DNA of 64,000 nt from Poseidonia sp. (GTDB lineage Archaea > Thermoplasmatota > Poseidoniia > Poseidoniales > Poseidoniaceae), in contig JADHNB010000001.1 in the NCBI GenBank assembly GCA_016779705.1, forward strand, positions 1,434 to 65,433, written 5' to 3'. A model generated the notes under the pieces. It worked only from the letters and a program-made list of their open reading frames with translations. It did no database searches and was not told where the DNA came from. Both the position numbers and the translations under genes were made by a program. Positions within the stretch are counted from its first letter, which is position 1; every line of letters starts with the position of its first letter. Below, piece after piece: positions 29,653 to 39,293 of this stretch.

Positions 29653-31158
29653 ATGGTGGATGAACCCTCATCAAATTCTCCCACCATTGAAGTCGATGAA
29701 GCCGCGGCTTACTTCGGCGTTACCGAATCCTCCGACGTGCTTCACGCCATGATGGCCATGCCAAGGGAACAAGCCATGATTCAGTTCTTTGAGTTGCTCT
29801 CCGACATCGTTCTTCGCCCCGGTGACTTTGACTTTGAAGCGGCCAGCGAGCGGATGCAATGCGAAGGCGGCGAGATCTACTATCTCGTTGCCGGTCACCT
29901 CGGTCTGATGAGCATGCCCGACCCGATTCTGCAAGCCTTGGGCATGCCCGATTCGAATGGAGAGGCCTCCGGTTCAGCCGTCGGTTCCATGGATGAACAG
30001 CAACGGGAAGCGTTGACGTCGATGGCCGACCCCATGCGGATGATGAAACTCTTCGCCGTGGCCCAGCAAACGGGTGGAAGTGCGGAAGTGCAAACCTACC
30101 TCTCAACCCTTGAAGGCCTCCTTGCCGATGTCGGCTCGTCCATCCCTGCGTTGGCCACGGTCCATCGGGAGTTGGACGCGGCGCTCGATGTCGCCGGTCA
30201 TGTGCTGCCCATCGCTTCGCTGGCCAGCGGTGCAGCTTCCGCAGCTTCGGTTGACGTCCCTGAGACCGTGGCCCTCCCCGAAGCGCCTCCCGAACCTGAA
30301 CCGGAACCTGCGGCAGCGCTGGAAACCACGCCTTCCCCTTCACCGGCCCAAGACCGCGTACCGTTGCCAGGGCAGGCAGCGGTCGCAGCGCCTCCGTCCG
30401 AGGAACCCACGGAATCAATCCCCCTACCCTCCGCTTTGGTGGCCTTACCCGACGTTGCCAAAGAAGCCGAATCCGAACCCGTGATCAACGTGGAGAACGA
30501 CCGGGAAGTGGCCAGAGCCACCCAAGATGCCTTCGCTGGAGCCTTCAGTTCTCAACTTGAACCCAAGCCCGTGGTCCAACCACCTGAACCCCCCGCCGAA
30601 CCCCCTGAAGAGGAAGAGTTCGTCAGCGCCGCCGAGCACTTCATCGCCGCCGATGAAGACGGCAGCGGTGCCTTGGACGTTGAAGAACTCGCCCGTGCGA
30701 CCGGGACCTCCATTGAAGAGGCCACCGAACTCCATGCTCAAGCCGACATCGACGGTGACGGAGTGGTCTCCCTCTCCGAGTTTATCGCCTCACCAGCGGC
30801 GGAGAAGACCGCTGGTCTGCCCAAACCCGTCGCCCCCGTCCGCCGCCCCTTGGGCCAGCCCGGCCAGGCCGCTGCACCACCCAATCCAGTGCAGCAGCGC
30901 CCGCAACCGCTTCAACCGTCATCGCACCCTCCAATGGGTCAGCAACCCATGCAGCCTCAAGGCTGGCAACAACAACCTCTGCAGGATCCTCAAAGCTGGC
31001 AACAACAGCCCATGCAACCCCAGGGTTGGCAGCAACCCCAACGACCGTTGGTCCAGCCCACCATTCGTTCAGGTATCCACTGTCGGGGTTGCGGCATCGG
31101 TTTGGACCCGTATTGGAGATTTTGTCCCGTTTGCGGGCAGCAAAACCTCGGATACTGA
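29653..31158 (+). CDS. Cytoplasmic protein with paired EF-hands, Q/P-rich repeats and C-terminal zinc ribbon
   Basis: DEDGSGALDVEEL and DIDGDGVVSLSEF canonical EF loops; CRGCGIGLDPYWRFCPVCG. Confidence 0.8.
   Translation: MVDEPSSNSPTIEVDEAAAYFGVTESSDVLHAMMAMPREQAMIQFFELLSDIVLRPGDFDFEAASERMQCEGGEIYYLVAGHLGLMSMPDPILQALGMPDSNGEASGSAVGSMDEQQREALTSMADPMRMMKLFAVAQQTGGSAEVQTYLSTLEGLLADVGSSIPALATVHRELDAALDVAGHVLPIASLASGAASAASVDVPETVALPEAPPEPEPEPAAALETTPSPSPAQDRVPLPGQAAVAAPPSEEPTESIPLPSALVALPDVAKEAESEPVINVENDREVARATQDAFAGAFSSQLEPKPVVQPPEPPAEPPEEEEFVSAAEHFIAADEDGSGALDVEELARATGTSIEEATELHAQADIDGDGVVSLSEFIASPAAEKTAGLPKPVAPVRRPLGQPGQAAAPPNPVQQRPQPLQPSSHPPMGQQPMQPQGWQQQPLQDPQSWQQQPMQPQGWQQPQRPLVQPTIRSGIHCRGCGIGLDPYWRFCPVCGQQNLGY
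30940..31038 (+). repeat. Coding tandem repeat, about 3 x QQPMQPQGWQ
   Basis: QQPMQPQGWQ-QQPLQDPQSWQ-QQPMQPQGWQ-QP, about 30-33 nt units. Confidence 0.75.
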
Positions 31159-32307
31159 TCAATCAACGGCGAACTTCCCGTCTTCAAGCAAGAGTGATTC
31201 ATCAAGCCAAATGCTCGGTGTGGCCAAAACACCCGAAATTTGGATACCCACGGCCGCCGTCCCTCCAAGGGTGGTGTTGTCGCCGATGGAGAAGTACGCC
31301 GTACCGAGTCGCTTTTCGTCTTCGAGGACGTTGCCAAGGAGTCGAGCGTTGGGGTTCATGCCGAACCCGAACTCGGCCACGGTCCACACGTTTTCCTGTT
31401 CTTTGCTCTTCAGCCGCTTCGCCGCTTCTCCGAAGGTTTGTCGGATTTGAGCGGCGGCCGTACCGCCTTTGACATCAACGACCAGCCCCTTCTCGACCTG
31501 CAGAAGAACGGGCTCATCCACGAGAGCCGAATCCCATGAGCCGTCGATGACGATGGTCCCGTTCATGGTCCCTTCTCGGGGCAAGGTGAAAATTTTGCCC
31601 GCAGGGAGGTTGGTCAACATGCGGGGCCGGTTGCACACACCGTTGTCATCAAGTTTCCATTCCCTCCAGTTGACTTCAAAGGTCACGTTGGTGCCTGACT
31701 CGGATTTGACGTTCACAATCCGCTTTCGCCGAAGCATGCTGTTCATTTCGCCGATGTTTTTCTTGATGATGTTGAAGTCTGCGGACATGCCACCTTCGGT
31801 GAACATCTCCAAGGTCATTCCGGGCATGGTAGCCACCCTTGCTCCGTCCTTGATGGCCTGGCGAACGGCACGGGTGTGGGTGAGCGAATACTTCGTCGGG
31901 GCGATGACCACCTGCTGTTGACGCATCAAGTTCGACACCGGGGCTGGGGGTTCTTCGCCGTGGTGACGTCCCTTGGGCATCACGATGAGCAACACCCGGT
32001 CAGAGCGAAGGCTCGCAGCATCGTGAAGCGCTTGGCCGATTTCGGTGGTCGTGGGGTCACAAACGATGAGAATGTTTTCTCCACGACGAAGGTCCATGCA
32101 AGTGTCGATGACGGTGAGGGCGCTCTTGGCCATTTTTTCCTCATGACCAACCTCAAGTTCCTCCCCGTCCGATTCCTGGTCCAGTTCTCGGTCCATCGTC
32201 ACCGGTTCTGGCTCCCCCTCGGCGAGGTCGACCACCTGTTCAATGTCCGCATCAACGAGGTCTTCATCCTCGCCGTCTGAGCCTTTTCGGCGAAACGGGA
32301 GGACCAT
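31159..32307 (-). CDS. Aminopeptidase T / M29-like metallopeptidase
   Basis: HGEEPP, SLTHT, NLPAGKIFTLP, GTIVIDGS, VAEFGFGMNP, LEDEK; acidic N-terminal extension. Confidence 0.78.
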   Translation of the reverse strand: MVLPFRRKGSDGEDEDLVDADIEQVVDLAEGEPEPVTMDRELDQESDGEELEVGHEEKMAKSALTVIDTCMDLRRGENILIVCDPTTTEIGQALHDAASLRSDRVLLIVMPKGRHHGEEPPAPVSNLMRQQQVVIAPTKYSLTHTRAVRQAIKDGARVATMPGMTLEMFTEGGMSADFNIIKKNIGEMNSMLRRKRIVNVKSESGTNVTFEVNWREWKLDDNGVCNRPRMLTNLPAGKIFTLPREGTMNGTIVIDGSWDSALVDEPVLLQVEKGLVVDVKGGTAAAQIRQTFGEAAKRLKSKEQENVWTVAEFGFGMNPNARLLGNVLEDEKRLGTAYFSIGDNTTLGGTAAVGIQISGVLATPSIWLDESLLLEDGKFAVD

Positions 32308-32424
32308 GGTAGCGGTAGAGTTCAACCGTTCTTCAATGTGTGCTTTTTTGTCTTGAAATCCGTTCAGTTTACGCCGAACCAACCGGATGGGAGCGTTGAA
32401 GAAGGCCCGTCACCTGTTCCGTTC

Positions 32425-33921
32425 ATGGAAGCCTACGACGAGTTCATTCAACGCGTGCAAGACATCCACCGACTCGGCGCCCTCCAGGGACACTTGGGAT
32501 GGGACCAAGAGGTGTTGATGCCGTCAAAGGGTGCCCAATCCCGTGGAGAAATGATGGCGTGGCTGGCCGGTCAACGCCATCAACAACTCACCGATGAGCG
32601 AATGGGATCCCTACTCCTTGCCCTCGAAACGCATGAGCTGGACAACGACCAGCGAGCCAACGTTCGTGAGATGCGAAGAATGTACGACCAGGCGGTGAAA
32701 TTGCCCAAATCCTTCGTTGAAAATTTCGCTCAAGCCCGCTCGGAAGCGTTGGTCGCGTGGCAAGAAGCCAGAGCCGCTTCGGATTTCGAAGCGTTCAAGC
32801 CCACCCTTGAACGACTCATCGCACTGACACGGGAAAAAATTGAGCGGCTTGGCGTGGTGACCACGCCCTACGATGTTTTGCTGGATGAGTACGAAGTCGG
32901 GATGACCGTCAGCGATTACGATCCGTTGTTCGCCGGTATGAAGGAGCGCTTGGTGCCGCTGCTTCAGGCCATTACCGAAGCCCAGCAGCGGACTCCTGAA
33001 CCTTCGATGCCAGCGGACCTTCGGTTTCCAGTTGAGGCCCAAAAGGCGTTTTGCAAGGCGGTTTCCACCAACATGGGGTTTGATTTCGAAGCTGGACGCA
33101 TGGACGCTTCCACTCACCCGTTCTCGGCCGGTTTGTGGCCTGGGGACACGCGATTCACCACGCGATTTGATGAGCAAGACCCGTTTTCTTGCCTTTACGC
33201 CGTGATGCACGAAACCGGGCACGCGCTCTATGAGCAGGGACTTGACCACCACCACCGATACACGCCTCGTGGCGGGGCCGTCTCGTTGGGGGTTCACGAA
33301 TCGCAAAGCCGATTTTGGGAGAATCAAATTGGGCGAACCGCCGCCTTCTGGAAGGTGGCGCTGCCGTGGTTCACAAAGGCGTTTCCCGACGCTCCAACGT
33401 GGGACGAGGCTTCCCTGAATCGGCTGGCCAATCGCGTTGAGAAAGGCTTCATTCGAGTTGAAGCCGATGAAGTGACATACAACTTACATGTGATGATACG
33501 CTACGAAATCGAGAAACGATTGTTCAACGAAGGCCTGGAGGTGGACCACATTCCAGCGATCTGGAATTCAATGTTCAAGGAATGGTTTGACATTGACGTT
33601 CCCGAAGACCGCTTGGGTTGTTTGCAAGACATTCACTGGTCCATGGGGGCCTTCGGCTATTTCCCCACCTATACGCTGGGCAACCTCTACGCCGCCCAAC
33701 TGCTTGAAGCGATGGCCGAATCGTTGGGCGACGTGACCGAATTGGTTGCCTCAGGTAATTGGGAACCGCTGTTGTCGTGGTTGCGCCCTCGCATCCATGA
33801 ACGCGGAAGTCAGGTGACGCCGGCTCAGCTCATCGAGGAAGCCACGGGTTCCCCTCCAAGTCCGGAACCCTTCCTTCGCTACGTGGAAGAAAAATACGGG
33901 GCGCTGTACGGGCTGTCCTAA
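32425..33921 (+). CDS. Carboxypeptidase M32 (Taq type)
   Basis: LGWDQ, HPF, DTRFTTR, HETGHALYEQG, HESQS, IRVEADE, GCLQDIHW, FGYFPTYTLGN. Confidence 0.95.
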   Translation: MEAYDEFIQRVQDIHRLGALQGHLGWDQEVLMPSKGAQSRGEMMAWLAGQRHQQLTDERMGSLLLALETHELDNDQRANVREMRRMYDQAVKLPKSFVENFAQARSEALVAWQEARAASDFEAFKPTLERLIALTREKIERLGVVTTPYDVLLDEYEVGMTVSDYDPLFAGMKERLVPLLQAITEAQQRTPEPSMPADLRFPVEAQKAFCKAVSTNMGFDFEAGRMDASTHPFSAGLWPGDTRFTTRFDEQDPFSCLYAVMHETGHALYEQGLDHHHRYTPRGGAVSLGVHESQSRFWENQIGRTAAFWKVALPWFTKAFPDAPTWDEASLNRLANRVEKGFIRVEADEVTYNLHVMIRYEIEKRLFNEGLEVDHIPAIWNSMFKEWFDIDVPEDRLGCLQDIHWSMGAFGYFPTYTLGNLYAAQLLEAMAESLGDVTELVASGNWEPLLSWLRPRIHERGSQVTPAQLIEEATGSPPSPEPFLRYVEEKYGALYGLS

Positions 33922-35330
33922 GACCACGGCATCATGACGATGGGTTGACCCACGCTGCCGGGCTCAACCAACAAGCGGCCTTTTGGCCCCGTGGCCTCGG
34001 TTCGTTCAAACACCGGTGTACCGTTCACCACCGTGACTTGCGTCCAGCCAACCAGCTCGTGCCCGTGGAACGGACTCCAGCCAACTCGACTCCACACGTG
34101 AGCGTCGTCAACGGTGACCGAGGTGTCCATGTCAACCAGAATCACGTCTCCGTCCGCACCCTCCTCCAGGCGTCCTTTTCCAATCATGTTGTAGCATTCA
34201 GCCACGTTGGTTGACATCCAGCGGACCACGTCTTCGATCGAACACGCGCCGTTTTTGGCGTGGGTCAACATCACGGCAAGCGAGGTTTCAACACCCGGCA
34301 TCCCGCTGGGTGCCGTTGGGAAACCCGCTGCTTTGGCTTCAAGGGTGTGGGGGGCGTGGTCGGTGGCGATGCATTGGATGGTCCCCTGCTTGAGGTGATG
34401 CCACAACGTGTCTCGGTCCTTGGCATACCGGATGGGTGGATTCATTTTGAGTCGAGTGCCAACGCGCTCAACATCGGTCTCGTCAAACGTCAGGTGTTGC
34501 GGGAGGGTTTCGGTGGTGATGATCGCCGCATCCTCGCTCGTGACATCGCTGGGGAGCGAGGTGATGCCTTCCAACCAATCGGCCTCCAAGCCGCTGGTAA
34601 GGTGAAGTACGTGCAGGCGGTGGCCTGAGGCTTGCGCCAATTCCACGGCGAGTTGCGTGGCCAGCAAGGCGGTGACATCGTCTCGCCATTCTGCATGCGC
34701 TGCCATGTCGGTCCGATCCTTGACCGCTTCGAAGCGTTCGATGAGCCGTTGTTCATCCTCAGCGTGGACGGCGATGAGCCCACCCGTTTCGTTGAAAATT
34801 CGTTCAAGCGCTTCTCGCTCGTTCACCAACAACGTGCCCGTTGAGGAACCCATGAACACCTTGATGCCGCAAATGCCCGGAATGCTGACCGGTTCTTCAG
34901 GCGTCCCCACGGCTTCCTGGAGGTCGGTCACGTTCTCGGGCGTGGCTCCAATGAAAAATCCGTAGTTGTTGACGCACTTCGCAGCCGCCGTGGCCAACTT
35001 CATGTTCATGCCGTCCATATCGGTGATGGACGGTTTGTTGTTGGGCATGTCCAGAAACGACGTCACGCCCCCGCTCACGGCGGCGGCCGAACCCGAACCC
35101 AAGTCTTCCTTTTCGGGTTGGCCAGGGTCGCGAAAGTGACATTGCGGGTCAATCATGCCCGGCATCAGGTGCAAGCCCCGTGCATCGATGTACAATTCGT
35201 CCTCCATCGGTTCCAAGACGTTTCCTACCGATACGGTGTGAATCACCCCGTCTCGAATACGAAGGTCTCCTTGAGCGGTCGTGTTGGGCAGGACCATCGT
35301 TGCGCCGTGAATCAAGACGTTGCCATCCAT
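33918..35330 (-). CDS. pyrC: Dihydroorotase (amidohydrolase, multifunctional-complex type)
   Basis: PGMIDPQCHFRDPG, DMPNN, KVFMGSSTG, KMNPPIR, ATDHAPH, PSGMPGVET. Confidence 0.82.
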   Translation of the reverse strand: MDGNVLIHGATMVLPNTTAQGDLRIRDGVIHTVSVGNVLEPMEDELYIDARGLHLMPGMIDPQCHFRDPGQPEKEDLGSGSAAAVSGGVTSFLDMPNNKPSITDMDGMNMKLATAAAKCVNNYGFFIGATPENVTDLQEAVGTPEEPVSIPGICGIKVFMGSSTGTLLVNEREALERIFNETGGLIAVHAEDEQRLIERFEAVKDRTDMAAHAEWRDDVTALLATQLAVELAQASGHRLHVLHLTSGLEADWLEGITSLPSDVTSEDAAIITTETLPQHLTFDETDVERVGTRLKMNPPIRYAKDRDTLWHHLKQGTIQCIATDHAPHTLEAKAAGFPTAPSGMPGVETSLAVMLTHAKNGACSIEDVVRWMSTNVAECYNMIGKGRLEEGADGDVILVDMDTSVTVDDAHVWSRVGWSPFHGHELVGWTQVTVVNGTPVFERTEATGPKGRLLVEPGSVGQPIVMMPWS

Positions 35331-35384
35331 GGTGTTCACCAAAGGTAGGGTGAAGCCGTCGGCTCATCAACATGATGCAGCGGT

Positions 35385-35978
35385 TTAAGGAAGCCGTCGT
35401 GCACTCTTTGGGCGAAAGGCATCGCAGATCGCTTCGTCCATGTCCATGTACGGGCCACCCATCAAGTCCACGCAGTAGGGGACGGCTTTCCAAATCTCAT
35501 CGATGGTCTCTCGAATCGCCTTGGGCCTTCCGGGCAAGTTGAACAGCAAGGAGGCGCCTCGTAGGCCACCGACCTGCCGAGAGAGAATCGCCGTGGGCAC
35601 GAAGGCCAACGAAATGGCTCGCATTTGCTCGCCAAAGCCCGGCATCATGCGGTCGCACACCGCTTCCGTGGCTTCCGGGGTGATGTCGCGGGCCGCCGGT
35701 CCGGTACCGCCCGTGGTCACGACCACGTGGCACCCCACTTCGTCGGTCAACTCGATCAGGGCCTGCTCAACGGCGTCCCGTTCGTCAGGGACGCATCGGT
35801 AATGAGCGGTCCAAGGGCTTTTGATGGCTTCTTCGAAGAATCCGCAGATCGCCGGCCCGCCTTCGTCCTCGTAGGTGCCTTGGCTGGCACGGTCGCTGAC
35901 GGTGACGATGCCCAACACCACGAGGTCGCCGAGATGACCGTCCTTACCGCTGCCTTGAGTGACGGGATTCATGCCCAT
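35385..35978 (-). CDS. mogA: Molybdopterin adenylyltransferase
   Basis: TVSDRAS.G.YED, TTGGTGPAARDITPEAT, MPGFGEQMR, PTAILSRQ, NLPGRPKAI. Confidence 0.92.
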   Translation of the reverse strand: MGMNPVTQGSGKDGHLGDLVVLGIVTVSDRASQGTYEDEGGPAICGFFEEAIKSPWTAHYRCVPDERDAVEQALIELTDEVGCHVVVTTGGTGPAARDITPEATEAVCDRMMPGFGEQMRAISLAFVPTAILSRQVGGLRGASLLFNLPGRPKAIRETIDEIWKAVPYCVDLMGGPYMDMDEAICDAFRPKSARRLP

Positions 35979-35981
35979 CAC

Positions 35982-38105
35982 CTACTGGTCGCCGTATTTT
36001 GCCACGATGTCGGCGTGGAAGTTGTCGAGCAGGGTGTCTTCAAACAATTCGGTTTGGCGGCGCATTTTGGTCGAGCGGATGTGGAGGACGGCCATCAAGA
36101 TGAAGACGCCGATCACGAGAGGGATGAAAACCTCGAGCTTGTACTGGTGCATGAACTTCACGATGCCTTCGGCGGTGTAGGCCCAAGTGATGGAGGCGAT
36201 GGAACCGCCGATCAACGTCGCCAGCAACACGCGCATGAACTGCATTCGGGAAAGCAAGCCCAACATGGCACCCACGAGCACTCCTGAGGCCATGAACGGA
36301 ATCCAAACGAAGAAAATCAACCCCCAGAATCCCCACTTGTTGATCATTTCACGCTTTTCGTTGGCCATGTATTCCACGGTCGACAGCGTGTCACCGAGGA
36401 ACTTGGTTTGCAACATGCGTCCGCCGAGCCCGTCCTGGCGAGCCACCGCCACGATCCGCTCGTCGTCTTCTTGGGAGCGACGCTCAACCCTTCCAGCGCC
36501 CGAACGGTCGGCCAACGTCGAGACTTCGTTTCGTGTCTTGACGATGAGTTCTTGCGACCCAAGAATCTCCTCGTTACGGTCGTGGATGAATCGGAACAGT
36601 TCGTCCTTCATCTGCGTTGACGTCTTTCGAAATCGGAAGAACGCAAAGCGCTGGGTGGGGCGGTAAATCACGGAAACAAAGACGACACGGTCATCACTGG
36701 TCACGACCGCTCCTTTCATTTCCACGTCGTTTCGACGGGTGAAGAAGAGATCGAGGCTGTCCCGTACATCGTCTTCAATGCGAGAGAGCGAGTGCAGTTC
36801 GGAGAAGAAGGAGGAGTAATCCTGCTGTTCCTTGAGCGCATCCTCCTCGGATTCAGCACGGGTTCCGATGCCGACGCCCGAATCGAAGTCAATGCTTTGG
36901 CCCGCCCCAATCACCCGAACGTTGAGTTGGACGGGCTTGAAGACACGGAAAATCGCAAACTCTTCGAGAAGGTGACGCAACAATTCCGCCCGTACTTCCT
37001 TTGAATCCGAGAGGGTGTTTTCGGTGTTCTGGTAGGCCACCATGATGTCGATGGACAAATCTCTCACTTCGGTTTTGAAGAGTTCATCGTCGATGTCAAT
37101 GCCCAATTGACCGCCCACGCCGTACACCGTGTCCTCAACCAGTCGTGTGATGTGGGTTCGGGATAAGATGTCGTCAGTGTCTTGGTGGTACACTTTGTAC
37201 ATCACGGGATAGATGATGAGCAGGGAGATGATGGAGAGGGAGAGCGAAATGAACGCCATCCACCAAGCGGGAATGCCGGCGGCGCCGCCCGTGAGCATGG
37301 CGGTCTCTCGACCCCCGCCCAATTCGGCGCCCATGAGCAAATAGCCCCAATCCCCGAGGTCCTGGACCGTCCAACAGGTGCGTGGCCCGGAGTCCTCAAT
37401 GCGGACGTCCGAGTGTTCGTCGTCATCGACGAACGGCAAGAAGGCCAAGGCTTCCTTGGAAATCGTGTGTTCGAACAAAACGGAGGTGCTTAGTGGGCCA
37501 ACAACCAGCGAGGCGTTGGGATCTTTGCTCTCCTTGACCGTGACTTCGAAGAGCAATTCAAAGTGGCCCTCAGGCAACGCTGCGTAGGGCGCTCGGAAGT
37601 AGGCTCGGCCGTGGTTTTGGTCGGCTTTGTTGATCTCTCGCGTCGTGCCGTTGGAGCCGTGCTCACCCTCAACGATGGATTTCGTTTGTTCGTTGTGAAT
37701 CTCAAAGAAGCTGTAATTGAGGTAGGCAATACCGTTGGGCAGGTTGTGTCCGGCGATGGAAAACAACTCCCGGTCGGGGTCAGGGAAGATGTTGAGCCAC
37801 GGCTCATCGGTGATTTCTTCGCATTCTTCGCCGATGTCGAGGAAGGTTTCGGAAGCGGCGTGGTCCAGTGCGGTGGAATCACCGAGCATCCCAGAGGACA
37901 TCGAAAACAACAGCAGGGCGAAGAGGATGCCGTAAACGACGCCGCCCATCAGAACATAATCCTCGATCTTTGAAAGGAACATGCGGCCGCCGCCCATGCG
38001 CCGTTGCCGAATTTCTTGCAATTCCTTGGCTTCTCTGTCTCGAGAGCGACCATGGTCGTCGGTCCCTTCATTGGTGACGGGATCCGCATCAAGCCCCCTC
38101 GCCAT
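35982..38105 (-). CDS. Multi-domain membrane protein with C-terminal small-multidrug-export-like TM domain
   Basis: Two N-proximal TMs flanking an ectodomain; C-terminal KWGFWGLIFFVWIPFMASGVLVGAMLGLL motif. Confidence 0.65.
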   Translation of the reverse strand: MARGLDADPVTNEGTDDHGRSRDREAKELQEIRQRRMGGGRMFLSKIEDYVLMGGVVYGILFALLLFSMSSGMLGDSTALDHAASETFLDIGEECEEITDEPWLNIFPDPDRELFSIAGHNLPNGIAYLNYSFFEIHNEQTKSIVEGEHGSNGTTREINKADQNHGRAYFRAPYAALPEGHFELLFEVTVKESKDPNASLVVGPLSTSVLFEHTISKEALAFLPFVDDDEHSDVRIEDSGPRTCWTVQDLGDWGYLLMGAELGGGRETAMLTGGAAGIPAWWMAFISLSLSIISLLIIYPVMYKVYHQDTDDILSRTHITRLVEDTVYGVGGQLGIDIDDELFKTEVRDLSIDIMVAYQNTENTLSDSKEVRAELLRHLLEEFAIFRVFKPVQLNVRVIGAGQSIDFDSGVGIGTRAESEEDALKEQQDYSSFFSELHSLSRIEDDVRDSLDLFFTRRNDVEMKGAVVTSDDRVVFVSVIYRPTQRFAFFRFRKTSTQMKDELFRFIHDRNEEILGSQELIVKTRNEVSTLADRSGAGRVERRSQEDDERIVAVARQDGLGGRMLQTKFLGDTLSTVEYMANEKREMINKWGFWGLIFFVWIPFMASGVLVGAMLGLLSRMQFMRVLLATLIGGSIASITWAYTAEGIVKFMHQYKLEVFIPLVIGVFILMAVLHIRSTKMRRQTELFEDTLLDNFHADIVAKYGDQ

Positions 38106-38225
38106 GATGTTGCATGGAAGGTCCAGTTCAAGAAACCTTTTCCTTTTCTTGGATGGGTCTCAAGCAAAGACTATCGTTCTATAGAAAATAAGGGGCGAGA
38201 CAGCGTCCGCGGAATACGAGGGAGT

Positions 38226-38301
38226 TGGTGGGTCAGGCCGGACTTGAACCAGCGACCTCGGCATCTTCAGTGCCGCGCTCTCCCAACTAAGCTACTGACC
38301 C
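38226..38301 (-). tRNA. tRNA-Phe (GAA), CCA encoded
   Basis: GGGTCAG acceptor stem, anticodon arm CGGCA-CTGAAGA-TGCCG, GGTTCAAGTCC T-arm, ends ACCA; 76 nt. Confidence 0.96.
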
Positions 38302-38377
38302 GTGCAACGCTGGCGAGACCCCTCGCCATATCAAGGCTTCCGATGAGGTTGGTTCGCCCGATTTTCGGGCCGGTGCT

Positions 38378-39202
38378 TCACTGGGCGGCATCAAGCGTCG
38401 CTGCCTGGAAGGCGAACAACGCCTCCAAACCAGCATCGGCGCCCTTGAGCAGAGCGGTCAACTCCTCGGCGGAGAAGGTAGATTCTTCCCCGGTCCCCTG
38501 CACCTCGACGTACTTCCCGTCGCTGGTCTTGATGACGTTCATGTCCACATCAGCGTTTGAATCGAGGACATAGTCGAGGTCGAGGTAGACGTCGCCGTCG
38601 ATGAGGCCCACCGAGACCGCCGCCAAATCATGCGGCAGCACGGCCTGTTCGTGATTGGCACATTCCACCTCGCTCAAGGTGGGCGGCGTCCACCCGTCCT
38701 TGCGTTGTTCGAAGGTGGGTCGAAGGTCAACCGGAAGACAGTCGCCTGAACTGATCAAGCGACGAACGGCCAAGCGAAGCGCGATGTTGGCGGCCGTGAT
38801 GGAAGCGCATCGCGTGCCGCCGTCAGCGTTGAGCACATCGCAATCCACGTTCAAAGCGATGGGGCCGAGGGCTTCAAGGTTCACCGCTGCTCGAAGCGAA
38901 CGGGCGATGAGCCGCTCAATTTCTTGGGTGCGGCCCTTGGCTCCGTTTCGCTCACGGCGGAAACGAGAGTCGGTGGAACCGGGAAGAAGGGAATATTCTG
39001 CATGCACCCAGCCCTTGGTGGCGTCTCGGGGGAACCAGCGTGGCAGTGAAGCTTCTTTGGTGCAGCACGCCAACACGACGGTGTTCCCTTGCTTGTAGAG
39101 CACCGACGCTAAGGCATTGGGTGTAAAATCGAGGGTGACTTCCGGTGTCCGCATTTCATCGGAGGCTCGAGAGAGGTTGAGGTCGGTTTTGAATTTCGCC
39201 AT
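38378..39202 (-). CDS. rph: Ribonuclease PH, bacterial type
   Basis: GWVHAEYSLLPGST..R..RE, GRTQEIERLIARSLRAAV, DCDVLNADGGTRCASIT, LDLDY..DS.ADVDMNV, VEVQGTGE. Confidence 0.9.
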   Translation of the reverse strand: MAKFKTDLNLSRASDEMRTPEVTLDFTPNALASVLYKQGNTVVLACCTKEASLPRWFPRDATKGWVHAEYSLLPGSTDSRFRRERNGAKGRTQEIERLIARSLRAAVNLEALGPIALNVDCDVLNADGGTRCASITAANIALRLAVRRLISSGDCLPVDLRPTFEQRKDGWTPPTLSEVECANHEQAVLPHDLAAVSVGLIDGDVYLDLDYVLDSNADVDMNVIKTSDGKYVEVQGTGEESTFSAEELTALLKGADAGLEALFAFQAATLDAAQ

Positions 39203-39293
39203 GCCACGGCCAGTGCATGGGACTCATCAAGGCTTCTCAACCGCTTTGTGGCGCCGTGGGCATGTTCAAAGCATGCCATGAGGTGGCAAGGGC

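Noticed and set aside
38004-38573. 189-aa plus-strand ORF
   Set aside because: Overlaps tRNA-Phe and rph on the opposite strand; spurious
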